Positions 10,038 through 20,136 of a stretch of 64,000 nt of DNA are shown one piece after another (the stretch's first letter is position 1; each line of letters starts with the position of its first letter). Made by a program: the position numbers and the translations under genes. The notes under the pieces were generated by a model. The model was not told the DNA's origin, ran no database searches, and worked only from the letters and a program-made list of their open reading frames with translations. The stretch covers positions 2,604,001 to 2,668,000 of the forward strand of contig VRMN01000001.1 of NCBI GenBank assembly GCA_008690995.1, read 5' to 3'. Source of the DNA: Porphyridium purpureum. Its lineage: Eukaryota.

Positions 10038-11009
10038 TTATTTCGCACCATCCGCAAATGACATCCAGGCTGCTTGAAATTCTTCGGTCGGGCGGAGCCA
10101 TTTGGTGACGATGCGTTCCCTCGACGGAACGCCTTCCGGCATTTTCAATTCATTAATCGCGGAAATGAGCAGCGGGTCGACGAAAACACACCATGAATGG
10201 CCCTGCTTTGCGACTGCGTCCATCACCGACTTGATATGCTTCCCAACAAATTCCGGCTCGAAAGAGCGAAAGGGACAACCAACGGACCTTTTCGCACGGC
10301 CCCGCACGCTTGTTTCATCGGCATCTGGAAACTCCGCAAGAAACACGTTTACGATCAGACTACGGACACCTAGCTCAGGGCCGTACAACCACGCCCACTT
10401 GGACGACCCTTCAACGTCGCACGCCGTTCGCAGGTCATCGAAGCGCAAGTTATCACCAGCTGCCAAGGCTGCAACGTTGAGGAGTTCCTCAGTCTGTTGC
10501 CAAACTGCATGCGAGGACCTGCCACCAAGCGAACCGGATTCAGAATGTTCCTGAATCCAACTGGGCAATACAACATGTCCAATTCGGTCAGATGAATCAG
10601 CAGACAGGTAGACTGCTACTCGAAGGAACGCCGTGGTGAAATTCATATATTGTTCAACGGTTCCATTGATGGCCGACACAAGAACCATTTCTGCATTAAG
10701 ATTCTCGACGTCGCCTGTGCCAAGACGACGGTTCTTTTCCGATTCACTGGCCCTGACACTTTGACGATCATCTCCGCGGTTACCGGCGGAATCGGACCCG
10801 TAAGTTTTGCGGAGGGCTGCGCGACCAACAAGCACCACAACAATGCCCGCGATAATCACGAAAAGCATCTGCAGCCTTCGCTTGCGGTTCCGTCGATCAT
10901 GAAAAGCGTGTGTTGTGGGTGAGCTGGCATACTTGCGCTGAGCGACTCTTGGTGAAACTGGTTCACCGAGCGCGCCTGTTGCCATTTTTCCAGCGGGGCG
11001 CTTCGACAT
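10038..11009 (-). CDS. Hypothetical type II membrane protein
   Basis: Long ORF with a basic cytosolic N-terminus (RRNRKRR), one hydrophobic helix (LQMLFVIIAGIVVVLVG) and a globular C-terminus. No family recognised. Confidence 0.7.
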   Translation of the reverse strand: MSKRPAGKMATGALGEPVSPRVAQRKYASSPTTHAFHDRRNRKRRLQMLFVIIAGIVVVLVGRAALRKTYGSDSAGNRGDDRQSVRASESEKNRRLGTGDVENLNAEMVLVSAINGTVEQYMNFTTAFLRVAVYLSADSSDRIGHVVLPSWIQEHSESGSLGGRSSHAVWQQTEELLNVAALAAGDNLRFDDLRTACDVEGSSKWAWLYGPELGVRSLIVNVFLAEFPDADETSVRGRAKRSVGCPFRSFEPEFVGKHIKSVMDAVAKQGHSWCVFVDPLLISAINELKMPEGVPSRERIVTKWLRPTEEFQAAWMSFADGAK

Positions 11010-11345
11010 TGCTCGCCCAGACTCGGGAGCGGAGGTTTGTGGCACAGCAGATCAGCAGCACCTCCACCTGCGCATCGGGAATCGTGTACCAAGCTTCCCT
11101 GGTCACAATGGGTCCGAGGATCTCGTGCCAAGCTTCGCAGTTCCAATTTTCTCCCGAGACGAAAATTTCAATTATTTAGGAGCCATGGATGCAGAGTGTG
11201 TCGTGGGCGACGCAGTGATGAGAAGGCGAGCGCTTTTGATGAGTGCTGATGTCCAGTGATTGCAAGCATGTCCCAACCATCTCTTCAATAGTTAAAAAGT
11301 AAAGAACAAGACACGACGCGCAGATTCAATCTTTTCTCGGGCAAA

Positions 11346-14300
11346 TCAATAGCGCTTGTAATTTGTGGTCTTCCTGTGCTTCTGCTGCTCCTCTCTCTGT
11401 CGCGAAGGAGCCGGGGCCGGCCCCCGCACATCACGCTCCGTCTGCAGCGAAGCTCCCGCAGTCGGACGCGCTAACCAGCTAGATTGTAAACCAAAGTCAA
11501 GCGTCGCGGGGTGGTCTACCACACTCGGCATGGCAGGGACGCCTGCGATTCCGGTACCGCTAGGGGAGACAATGGCAGTCGGATCGACCGCCGTGACTTG
11601 CGTCATAACAGGCACAAAAGAGGGTCCGAACAAGGAATATTCGGATGCAAATGCTGGCGCGGGTGCTGCTGAGCTCGCGGTCGACAAGCCACCGCCGTCC
11701 CCGAGCCCAAGCATGTCCCTGTAAGGCAAAGCAGCGTCTGCCGCCGTATAAGCTGGTGTAGCGCTTGTCGATCTCACTGTCATTCCAATATTCAGGCCAG
11801 ATGAATTTCTGCTCGTGGCGGACGCACTGTTCAAAGGCTCGTCCGCGATAGCCCGATCGGTTCGAGCCGACACGTTATTCGCATCAGAGAAGAGCGACGA
11901 TCCGAGAGATAGCGACGAATCGACCACCATGTTCGTCATTGACTCCGCCAACAAGCGCGCGCTTTCCAGGTCTTCGAATGACTCCTGCCCAATGCTGTGC
12001 CGTTGGTATGCACTGTCCGCTATCGTGCTGGCACTCCCGGGGTACTCGAATCCGCTTCCAACCTTTTTCGTGATGAAAGCCGAATCAGGGCTTAAAGTTG
12101 GGCTTCTCCTTGCTGAAGCCCCAGACCATGGCGCATCTCTTCTCGCAACTGGTGAAACGCGCACGCCTGGGCTCGAGGACACGTGCATTCGATTTGACAT
12201 TAACGGTGAAGAGAAGGGGCTCTGAGCCGCAGTCCCTCGCCATGCAGAGCTGTCACCGCCGCCACTTCCACTGCCCCCTGAACTCCCAAAGCTTGCGTTT
12301 GGCGTGCGATCAGTATCACAGGAACCGCTTGTCGTCTCCTTCGGAGACGGTAAAACGTGAAAAGGACCAAGTGGTGCCCTCGGAAGGGTCGCAGTCGACA
12401 ACGAAGGCACGGCACCGCGCTTGCTCGAACTGATAGCCTGCCCAGGCACACCGGAAGATCCAGACATATCGACAGCAGCAGAGCCGACACCGCCGTCATC
12501 GCTCAAAACAGAACTGAAAACTTTCTTCTTCCCTGAATGAGTATGATCAGCTCGACTGGCAGAGCCACCATTTGCAGCGTTCCATTGCTTATTGATGGTA
12601 CGCTGCTGCTGCGACGGCGATGAGGTTGTCGCCGCCAGCTCGCCAGACGCGGGAGACTCGAAAACTCTTGTCGAATGCATCGCATTCGACAAGTTCGCTG
12701 TCTCCGTCACCATGGCATTGGACCTATCACGATGATGGTGATGCAGCTGCTGCTGTTGCTGCTTGACACTGCGGCCATCCGAATGCTTCTGGAAAACCTG
12801 CCCGCGACCACTGGAGCCCGCAGCATCGACACGATCTTCGTTGTCCTTCCCGCCTCTGCCGCGCGATCCCCGCGTGATCACATTCGTGCTCGCTTCCTTA
12901 TTAACCGACACCAAATGACTCTGGCGAAGATCTCCCGCATGAGGGTTTAGCGGAGAAAGAGACTGCGGGGCGGGCCTTGGCTGTGTATGCATCTTGTTTT
13001 GGTTTGCATGGTTGTGTGGCGAAGACAGCGGGTTCGAATCAGAGAGGATCGTTACAGTCACGTCATTCTTGTGTCCTCGCGATCGCTGCTGAAGAACGAA
13101 CTTGCGCTCTTCCGCTTGCGGTCGTGTTGCCGTGGCTTTCGGCGATACCTGTGGCTGCCCGTCCGGCACGAATTGCTCTCTTCTTTCCTTCTCCTTGCTC
13201 GCACTAAAGTCACGTGCACGGATATTCTCATCCGCCGAATTTTTCGCATTCCCCGCTTCATCAATCGCTGGGTCTGCCCCTCTGCCATAGCTTCTACCAC
13301 CCAAGGCTACCGTTGGACTAGCTTCCTGCAATAGAGTCACTGTTGTATCACTCTTGTGTCCGCGCGAGCGCTGCTGCAAGAGAAATCGGCGTTCCTCTTG
13401 GAGCCGGTTAGCACCATTATTAACTTCACCAGCCTTTGACCCTGACGAGGATTCGTCCTCGCCAGCCGCCGATAGTTTGTGCCGCGGCTTCACGGATGCA
13501 GGAATTCCCTCAGTCTTCCGCGAGCCCTCGCTGCGTTTCACTGGAGATGAAGCAACATGCGCGTCACATTCATGAGCCGCGGGGACCACAGAATCGTTCT
13601 GTACCCGTTCGGCAGCATGAAGACATTCACCAACGCGGTAACCGTCAGAATGCCACCCAGTCACTCCTCCGACTTCAGCTGCGCGCTCAACGACAAGAGG
13701 CGAAACACACTCTATTACTCCACTTTCACCTGCATTGAACGTCAATTCTGACACCTTTGCTCTTGTCTCATCCTGCCGAGTCCGAATCGCTCCGGGAATT
13801 CGCTGGAATGCCTTCGGTGGGAGTGCCTCCACTGATCGTGCCTCCACTGATCGTGCCTCCGCTTGTTCGTTATTTCTCATACGTGCTTGCTCCAGTACTA
13901 CCTTTTGCAATTGCTGCCCCGACTTTGCAACAACGAAGAGGAGCACCAATGCGCATTGTACGACCGCTGCCACAATGCCTGCGAGTATACCTGTGCGTGT
14001 AAATCTACGCACGCACATACGACGTGCCCCAAACCACGCCAACCACTTCCTCCAAAAGCCGTCTCTACTTAGCTTACTGTGACCACCCGTTGCGCGCGCT
14101 ACTTTGCCGAACAAATGCACGTGAATCTGTTGCACCCCAATCTGAGCGCTGAGAAGCCAGTGCGTTCTCAACATGCCACTCGAATGTAAATTACCGCTCA
14201 CCATTCTCGGGTCTTTTTCGAAAAGCTCCTGCCTCATGCAGAACTCTACGTCCAGCTCAGCCTCCTGACCGGCTTCAACTCGACGATACGGTATGCGAGA

Positions 14301-17300
14301 CGCCGCGCCCAGACGAAATAGTGCCAACGGCATGCGGCGCCGCGCCAACTCTGATGATGTGGCAAAAGATCCGATCGAGACCGATTCAATGGGGTGCAGA
14401 GACGCGTGCAATACTGGACGCACAGAAATGTGAGAGAGGGGTTGCCATAGAGGACTGAGATTGCGAAACCTCACGCTCTGGGCGCCGCATACTGCAAAAT
14501 CGCTACTGCGCTGGTTTCGCAGCCGTGCGGGACGTAGTCCAGCGGAGCTTGTCACATTCTGCGCGTCGCGTATTCGACTCATGCCGGGGAAAAACAGGAA
14601 ATTCCACGACAGCGATGAAACGTGCGCTACCCGCGCTTTTGTTGGTGCGATTGCTGCGCCCATGCCAGACTGGTGTAGGTCAAGATCTCGTGCTACGCCA
14701 GTACGGTCTGCGATGGTAAATGCCACACTATCAGGGTCAATCCTAATCGTTCGAGTCTCCAAACCAGTCAAGTTTGAGATGACTCGAAGTTGCGCAGCCA
14801 CCGAGAGCCCAGAAATCGGATGATAGAACAAAGTGCCCAGTCTGACTTTCCTTCGCTGATCGGCCGCTTCTCGTGATGCCTCCGGCGAGAATGATGAAGG
14901 TGATGATGCAGAAGCCGACGGCTGTAATGTTCCGTAACCCTGCGTCCGGAATTCTTCTGCCGGCTTGAATTGCAATATATTCTTACATAATCTGCCAACG
15001 GAAGGCACCAAACAGACCAGCGATACCTGCACCATGGCTACTTCGTCGGACGGATTCTGCGCGAATACATCATATGCATACGCGACACTGCCCGGCACCA
15101 CACGCATGTGCATAGTGTCAATGACGTCGCCGCTGTGCAAGAGCAAAGAGGGCTTGCGCGTGCGCAGCAAAAGCGTGGATGCGGGGCCGCGGGCGGGAGC
15201 TGTAAAGCCAAGTCGGACTATCAGCTCATCGGGCACGGACTTCCAGACATCATCTAAAGCGCGACACGCCGCAACGCACAAACCTGCCGCAATATTTGAG
15301 TGCCCTTCTATTCCTGCCAGCTCAAAGCATTCGTCTGCGATGCGAGACATGGCGGATACGACGTGCCTGAACGCAGGCAATGTTCTACCTTGCACAAGAA
15401 GCGCATGCGTACCAGCTGCGGACCGTTTCGACACGGGCCCTGTCCGCTTACCAGCAAAGAGCGTGACGCCGGGACTCACCACATGGCCGCCCTCACTCTC
15501 GTCTGCTTGTGCCTCTGGCAAAGAAATTTCGCCGGCGAGTTGCAAGTGCAGCAATTTTCCGGGAAAAATTCGCGTTGGCGTGCTACCATGATCCTCACCT
15601 GCGCTTGAGATTATTGAAGCGCTTTCCGCGGAATGGAACGTGACAGACACTGGAACCTTCAACTCCAGCAAAGTCATTTGCCCATCACCATACTCGTCAG
15701 CGGACATATCTGACGAGGACGGACTTCGGAATGCAGAGTATCGCACGACAAGAAGTGCCCTCGCGACACCGAAAGGAAGGCTGTCTCGGTCCGCTGGCAC
15801 CGCCGCGGAGCCCGTACTTGCTCCTGCCGAATCCGCAGAAGCTTGCACCTCCTGCTCGGCGGCCGAGGACCAAAGAGGGGGCAAGAGCCGAAATTGGACA
15901 GTCCACCCTGGCTCCAGAATCACTGCCACCGAGTTCTCATCCATACCACGCGGAAGCGCTTCATCACGCTCACTCTCAATATCGTGTTCATGCTCGTGCC
16001 GAATCGAGATGATATTCGCACAGTCAGCCAACATGCGGTTGGATCGCAGTAGCAACTGCTGACGTTCACTCATCGAGCGTCGCCGCACAAGAGACGATGG
16101 CATGCGTTGCAGAGCTTCTGAGACCGGCGCACGCCAAAGAACGTTATATGCCATGTTTTGGTTCCGCGCCGCCGCGCTGCGCACCTCATTCTCATCGGTA
16201 TCGTCGTCATCGTCCAAAAGCACAAGTTCAATGGCATGCAGTTGTTGCGCAAACCCATTCGGGTTGCTCAAATTCCACAAGATGCCCTTCCCTTCATCAG
16301 CTGTCCCGGCTGTCGTTGCCAGCGCCTCATCTGCGTGATTGATAGAAGCCTCAAAATGCATGCGCGAATGCGATGCGCGCAAGTTTCCGCGGGACACTTT
16401 TAGCTCGGCTCGCAACGAGCTCACGTTCGTCTTGAACTCGACAAATGTCGGAAGACACTTGTGGATGATTGCGTGCGGCGGTACCGTTTGAGCGCTCCCG
16501 CCTATGTTCCTAGTAGGCCGCTGAAACGTATACTGCGCTACAACACGTTCCTCCCCAGGCAGCAAGAGTGCATTTTCAAATGATAGCACGTCCAGCATGC
16601 TGCAGGGATCATACACATCCAAACGCAGCAACTGGATGGGAACATCTGCCGCGTTGAGCACTGACAACGGACGACGCCTTCTCCGTTCACCACTGCGGCT
16701 TCCAGCGTGCCTAACGTTCTCCGAAAGGGTCGAGTCTCGTTCTGGTGGCAAAATATCAGAATCGCGATTCGATTCAGAGCCAGCATCCAAATCACCGCAG
16801 AGTACGCATGCCTCAAAAAAAGGCTCAACCAGCATCAATGTGCCCCGAAGGGTAGTCATGTGCAGTTCTCCCACAGACGTGTGGTGGATTCTTTGCACTG
16901 CGGCGCTCCTACTATCATAAACTTCTGCCTTGACTGTGCAGCCCGCCGTATCTAGTCGCGTGCGTACCTCGGACGGGACTTTCACGCGTACTTCGCCAAT
17001 CGCATACAGCGCGTCTGCTTCATGTACCTCGTGCTGGCCACACATCGAAGGTAAAATGGCGCAAGTCTCCGTGTGACGCAGTCGTCGCGGAGCAAGGGGC
17101 CAGGTCTCAAACAAGACGCCTTGGACGCGCGCACCCGGCGGGGCCGAGAAGCCCAAATTCGACAGGAAAAAGCTCTCTGGGCGATGGCCCACAGCCACAA
17201 CCAGTTTCCGCAAAACCATGGCCTCGCCCTCGGACCGCAGGACTGGGCCAAAGTCCACAGGCAGAATATCAAAGTTTTGGACAGAGAGCGTGAAACTGGA

Positions 17301-19187
17301 ATTTGCGCTCATCAACGTAAAATTTGCTACCACCGGGACCACCATTTCGACATGAAAGCCATCAGATTGGTGAATGTCAATCTCGCCAGTTGCATCATCT
17401 TCTGTGTCCGCGCCACCAAACTGAAGGTGCAAGTAGGAAACCAGCGTGCCCGCTTGCGGCGCAGGAGAGAAAGAAAGCGATAACAACGGCTCTGCACCTT
17501 GCCGAGAAACGAACCGAGGAAGCGGAATCAAAGAAGGCTCGGGAGTGCTTCTATCGACCCGCGAGACTGCATTGTCGGCACCGCCGATCTTTGGCCCGAC
17601 CCCAGAAAATAAATCAAGCGAGTGAATCCTTACTTCGTCGACACCAACTAGGTGCGCGCCTTTGAGAGGGAGCAATCGCGTCGCAAATACTGTTTGACGA
17701 AGCGTAACAAGATCTATGCCGTCTTGGTGAAGATGCTGACCCACCAAACTAATTGGACACGGCAGATCAAGCGGGTTTGGTATCGCTTCGCCGTTCAAGT
17801 TCACGCGCAGACTGAAGTGCGTCGTGCGAATAATGGCGTGTGAGGTGTGCCCCCCAGCAGCAAGAGGATAGTACACGGCACGCATTCGAATGGACGCGCC
17901 TTGTCGCAGGACACGAATTGGCATCGCATCCGTCTTGTGCGTCCGTCCGAGTCCACGTATGCTTTCGTTCTCGTCGTTGAGAAGAAAAATGTCAAATGTG
18001 GGGTTCCGAACTTCCGTGCCGATTGAAATTATCTCAACATCAATTTCCAGCGCATTCCGCAAAACCACATCCTCGAAAACCGGGGTACAAGTCCATGTGC
18101 TTTCAAAACGAACGGAAACCGTCATGAGCGATGCCCGGGCAAATACTTCATGTGGACTCCGCCTCTGCTCTATCTGGGGCCTGCGCACCAGGTGATGCTC
18201 AGCATCAAATGTCGCGCCCGTGCTCCTGCTTGCGCGGTCCGTTTTGCTACCCTCCTCACTCTCAGACCGCGAGCTGCTGATACTTCGCAACGTGACTTCG
18301 GTCGACGCCATTCCTGACGCGCCTTTTTCACAGCCATCCAGCGTGTACTGTTCTGCAGTAATAAACTGCCGTTCGTCGTCATGCACGATCAAGCTGTTCA
18401 TCAAATCTTGGAGAGCGCTACCCATACTAAATCGCAGCATGGGCGGCGGTGGTTCACCGCGCAGAAATCGGTCGTCTTCGGTTCGTCTCGACGTTCCCGA
18501 AATGCTTGCCTGAAAATCTGACCATAAGGTCGTCCGGAAGCCAGCACGATGTCGTTCACCGTACATGTTCACGACACCCACAAGCCCCGCGCTATGCCAA
18601 ACAGTTGACAGATCAGCGACTCTGCGCATACTTGCGTCCATTTCACAATCGGGTGAGGTCCATAAGATTGCCTGCTGTTCACCTATCCACGCACATGGTG
18701 GACGCCGGCCATCGCTCCTTGCAACAGAACCAGCCGCATCTGTATCAACAGGCGCATGGAGCTGAGAATTCATCGGCTTTGGAAGAGGCTGCTGCCGCTC
18801 ATGAAGCGCTGCTGCGTCGACGCCTTCCCCCGTGTTGGCTCTGCGTTGCTGTTCCGCGGTTGACAATCCAGCGCTCATTGCCATCGAATCCATGGCCGCG
18901 CCAGATGCCATGTGGGCCGCATCAGATGCGCCGGCTTGCATGACAGACGCAGACTGGAGATGTGACGAGACAGTTAGAACGAGCAACACGAGCAGCAAGT
19001 AATTTCTCCACGACACGCGCGTGAACACGCCCTGAACGTCTGCGTGTACGCTCCTCGGCGCCGACGCCACCGACGGCGGAGAGACAAGTGCGCTAGCACC
19101 GACGCTCGCGCCGCGCAAACCCAGCGCTCGCCGCGCACAACCCTGCGAGCCGCGTACTCTCCCCATGTCTCCTCCTGTGCATTCCAT
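11346..19187 (-). CDS. TMEM131 (RW1)-like large type I membrane protein
   Basis: 2613 aa with a signal/anchor helix. The segment AVYYPLAAGGHTSHAIIRTT...LNGEAIPNPLDL resembles the TMEM131 N-terminal domain. Repeated Ig-like N-P motifs, a TM helix (GILAGIVAAVVQCALVLLFVV) and a long Ser-rich cytosolic tail with YSLF follow. Confidence 0.7.
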   Translation of the reverse strand: MECTGGDMGRVRGSQGCARRALGLRGASVGASALVSPPSVASAPRSVHADVQGVFTRVSWRNYLLLVLLVLTVSSHLQSASVMQAGASDAAHMASGAAMDSMAMSAGLSTAEQQRRANTGEGVDAAALHERQQPLPKPMNSQLHAPVDTDAAGSVARSDGRRPPCAWIGEQQAILWTSPDCEMDASMRRVADLSTVWHSAGLVGVVNMYGERHRAGFRTTLWSDFQASISGTSRRTEDDRFLRGEPPPPMLRFSMGSALQDLMNSLIVHDDERQFITAEQYTLDGCEKGASGMASTEVTLRSISSSRSESEEGSKTDRASRSTGATFDAEHHLVRRPQIEQRRSPHEVFARASLMTVSVRFESTWTCTPVFEDVVLRNALEIDVEIISIGTEVRNPTFDIFLLNDENESIRGLGRTHKTDAMPIRVLRQGASIRMRAVYYPLAAGGHTSHAIIRTTHFSLRVNLNGEAIPNPLDLPCPISLVGQHLHQDGIDLVTLRQTVFATRLLPLKGAHLVGVDEVRIHSLDLFSGVGPKIGGADNAVSRVDRSTPEPSLIPLPRFVSRQGAEPLLSLSFSPAPQAGTLVSYLHLQFGGADTEDDATGEIDIHQSDGFHVEMVVPVVANFTLMSANSSFTLSVQNFDILPVDFGPVLRSEGEAMVLRKLVVAVGHRPESFFLSNLGFSAPPGARVQGVLFETWPLAPRRLRHTETCAILPSMCGQHEVHEADALYAIGEVRVKVPSEVRTRLDTAGCTVKAEVYDSRSAAVQRIHHTSVGELHMTTLRGTLMLVEPFFEACVLCGDLDAGSESNRDSDILPPERDSTLSENVRHAGSRSGERRRRRPLSVLNAADVPIQLLRLDVYDPCSMLDVLSFENALLLPGEERVVAQYTFQRPTRNIGGSAQTVPPHAIIHKCLPTFVEFKTNVSSLRAELKVSRGNLRASHSRMHFEASINHADEALATTAGTADEGKGILWNLSNPNGFAQQLHAIELVLLDDDDDTDENEVRSAAARNQNMAYNVLWRAPVSEALQRMPSSLVRRRSMSERQQLLLRSNRMLADCANIISIRHEHEHDIESERDEALPRGMDENSVAVILEPGWTVQFRLLPPLWSSAAEQEVQASADSAGASTGSAAVPADRDSLPFGVARALLVVRYSAFRSPSSSDMSADEYGDGQMTLLELKVPVSVTFHSAESASIISSAGEDHGSTPTRIFPGKLLHLQLAGEISLPEAQADESEGGHVVSPGVTLFAGKRTGPVSKRSAAGTHALLVQGRTLPAFRHVVSAMSRIADECFELAGIEGHSNIAAGLCVAACRALDDVWKSVPDELIVRLGFTAPARGPASTLLLRTRKPSLLLHSGDVIDTMHMRVVPGSVAYAYDVFAQNPSDEVAMVQVSLVCLVPSVGRLCKNILQFKPAEEFRTQGYGTLQPSASASSPSSFSPEASREAADQRRKVRLGTLFYHPISGLSVAAQLRVISNLTGLETRTIRIDPDSVAFTIADRTGVARDLDLHQSGMGAAIAPTKARVAHVSSLSWNFLFFPGMSRIRDAQNVTSSAGLRPARLRNQRSSDFAVCGAQSVRFRNLSPLWQPLSHISVRPVLHASLHPIESVSIGSFATSSELARRRMPLALFRLGAASRIPYRRVEAGQEAELDVEFCMRQELFEKDPRMVSGNLHSSGMLRTHWLLSAQIGVQQIHVHLFGKVARATGGHSKLSRDGFWRKWLAWFGARRMCVRRFTRTGILAGIVAAVVQCALVLLFVVAKSGQQLQKVVLEQARMRNNEQAEARSVEARSVEALPPKAFQRIPGAIRTRQDETRAKVSELTFNAGESGVIECVSPLVVERAAEVGGVTGWHSDGYRVGECLHAAERVQNDSVVPAAHECDAHVASSPVKRSEGSRKTEGIPASVKPRHKLSAAGEDESSSGSKAGEVNNGANRLQEERRFLLQQRSRGHKSDTTVTLLQEASPTVALGGRSYGRGADPAIDEAGNAKNSADENIRARDFSASKEKERREQFVPDGQPQVSPKATATRPQAEERKFVLQQRSRGHKNDVTVTILSDSNPLSSPHNHANQNKMHTQPRPAPQSLSPLNPHAGDLRQSHLVSVNKEASTNVITRGSRGRGGKDNEDRVDAAGSSGRGQVFQKHSDGRSVKQQQQQLHHHHRDRSNAMVTETANLSNAMHSTRVFESPASGELAATTSSPSQQQRTINKQWNAANGGSASRADHTHSGKKKVFSSVLSDDGGVGSAAVDMSGSSGVPGQAISSSKRGAVPSLSTATLPRAPLGPFHVLPSPKETTSGSCDTDRTPNASFGSSGGSGSGGGDSSAWRGTAAQSPFSSPLMSNRMHVSSSPGVRVSPVARRDAPWSGASARRSPTLSPDSAFITKKVGSGFEYPGSASTIADSAYQRHSIGQESFEDLESARLLAESMTNMVVDSSLSLGSSLFSDANNVSARTDRAIADEPLNSASATSRNSSGLNIGMTVRSTSATPAYTAADAALPYRDMLGLGDGGGLSTASSAAPAPAFASEYSLFGPSFVPVMTQVTAVDPTAIVSPSGTGIAGVPAMPSVVDHPATLDFGLQSSWLARPTAGASLQTERDVRGPAPAPSRQREEQQKHRKTTNYKRY

Positions 19188-20136
19188 CCATCAACAACGT
19201 GCGAACATGTCCCTGCCCCCAACACGCGTCGCCCTCAGTCCCAACTTGCGCCATATCCCGCCCGCGCGCTTGTCCAGCTCATCTCCTTTTCTCTAATAAG
19301 TTCAAGCTCGAAGCGAATTCCGTCGGGCCGGCAGAAGGAATTGGGTTCCTTCGAAGGCGTTGGCTTACGGCGCATGAATGTTTTCGGAATGCCAGCGACG
19401 GTTCACTTTTCGCAATCGCGTCGAGAGACAGCTTGCGCTTGCGCAAACTGCCGCTCAGAGCGCGACGACGAAGGCTACCGCACCCGTTTGCGGAAGTGTA
19501 GCTGAGGAGCCCCTCAAAGAGCGTGGCTTTTTTTCGCAGTGCTTCGTGTGGTGGTTCATTCGATGGAAGAACGCTTCGGCTTTTCCGTGGCATGTGTGGC
19601 ACGTGCAAGACGTGTTTGTCTCCTACTGCAAAGACACGTGGTAGTCATCTCGGCGTAGGATGTTCTGAACTCCCTTTCCGCCATTCGTCCGCTCCTCTCC
19701 ACACGGATAGCCTGGAAGTCTTGAATAGTGGTATACAGAAGCTGCCTCGAAAGAAAGAGACGAAGCAGGTAGAGCAAGAGAAAGAGTCTTGTATGCAGTA
19801 TCACTGCTTGGAGTCCGGAGGACGGCATCTGGAATCCGGTCGTAAATCCTTGGATTGGCTCAAAGCACGTGTCTTGATGGCTGTTTTCTTGACACACACG
19901 ACGTGCCTTGACTCGAATGGCTTTCGGCCGGTAGACCTGGTGTGCTAGACCCGGGTGAGAGTCTCCGGTATCACGGCGACCGCTTCTCTTCTTACCTCTG
20001 CCGCCACAACACCTGGCTTACCATACGATCTCATGCGTAAAAAAAGCAATGTGCCAATTCCATCTTTTACTCAGGCGCATGTGCTAAAGTACGTCTAGCC
20101 AGGGATCCCGAACAGGTTACCATGCCCCCACATCAC

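Noticed and set aside
13826..13862. 15-bp tandem repeat
   Set aside because: In-frame coding repeat (EARSV) in the TMEM131-like gene. Not a CRISPR or regulatory array.
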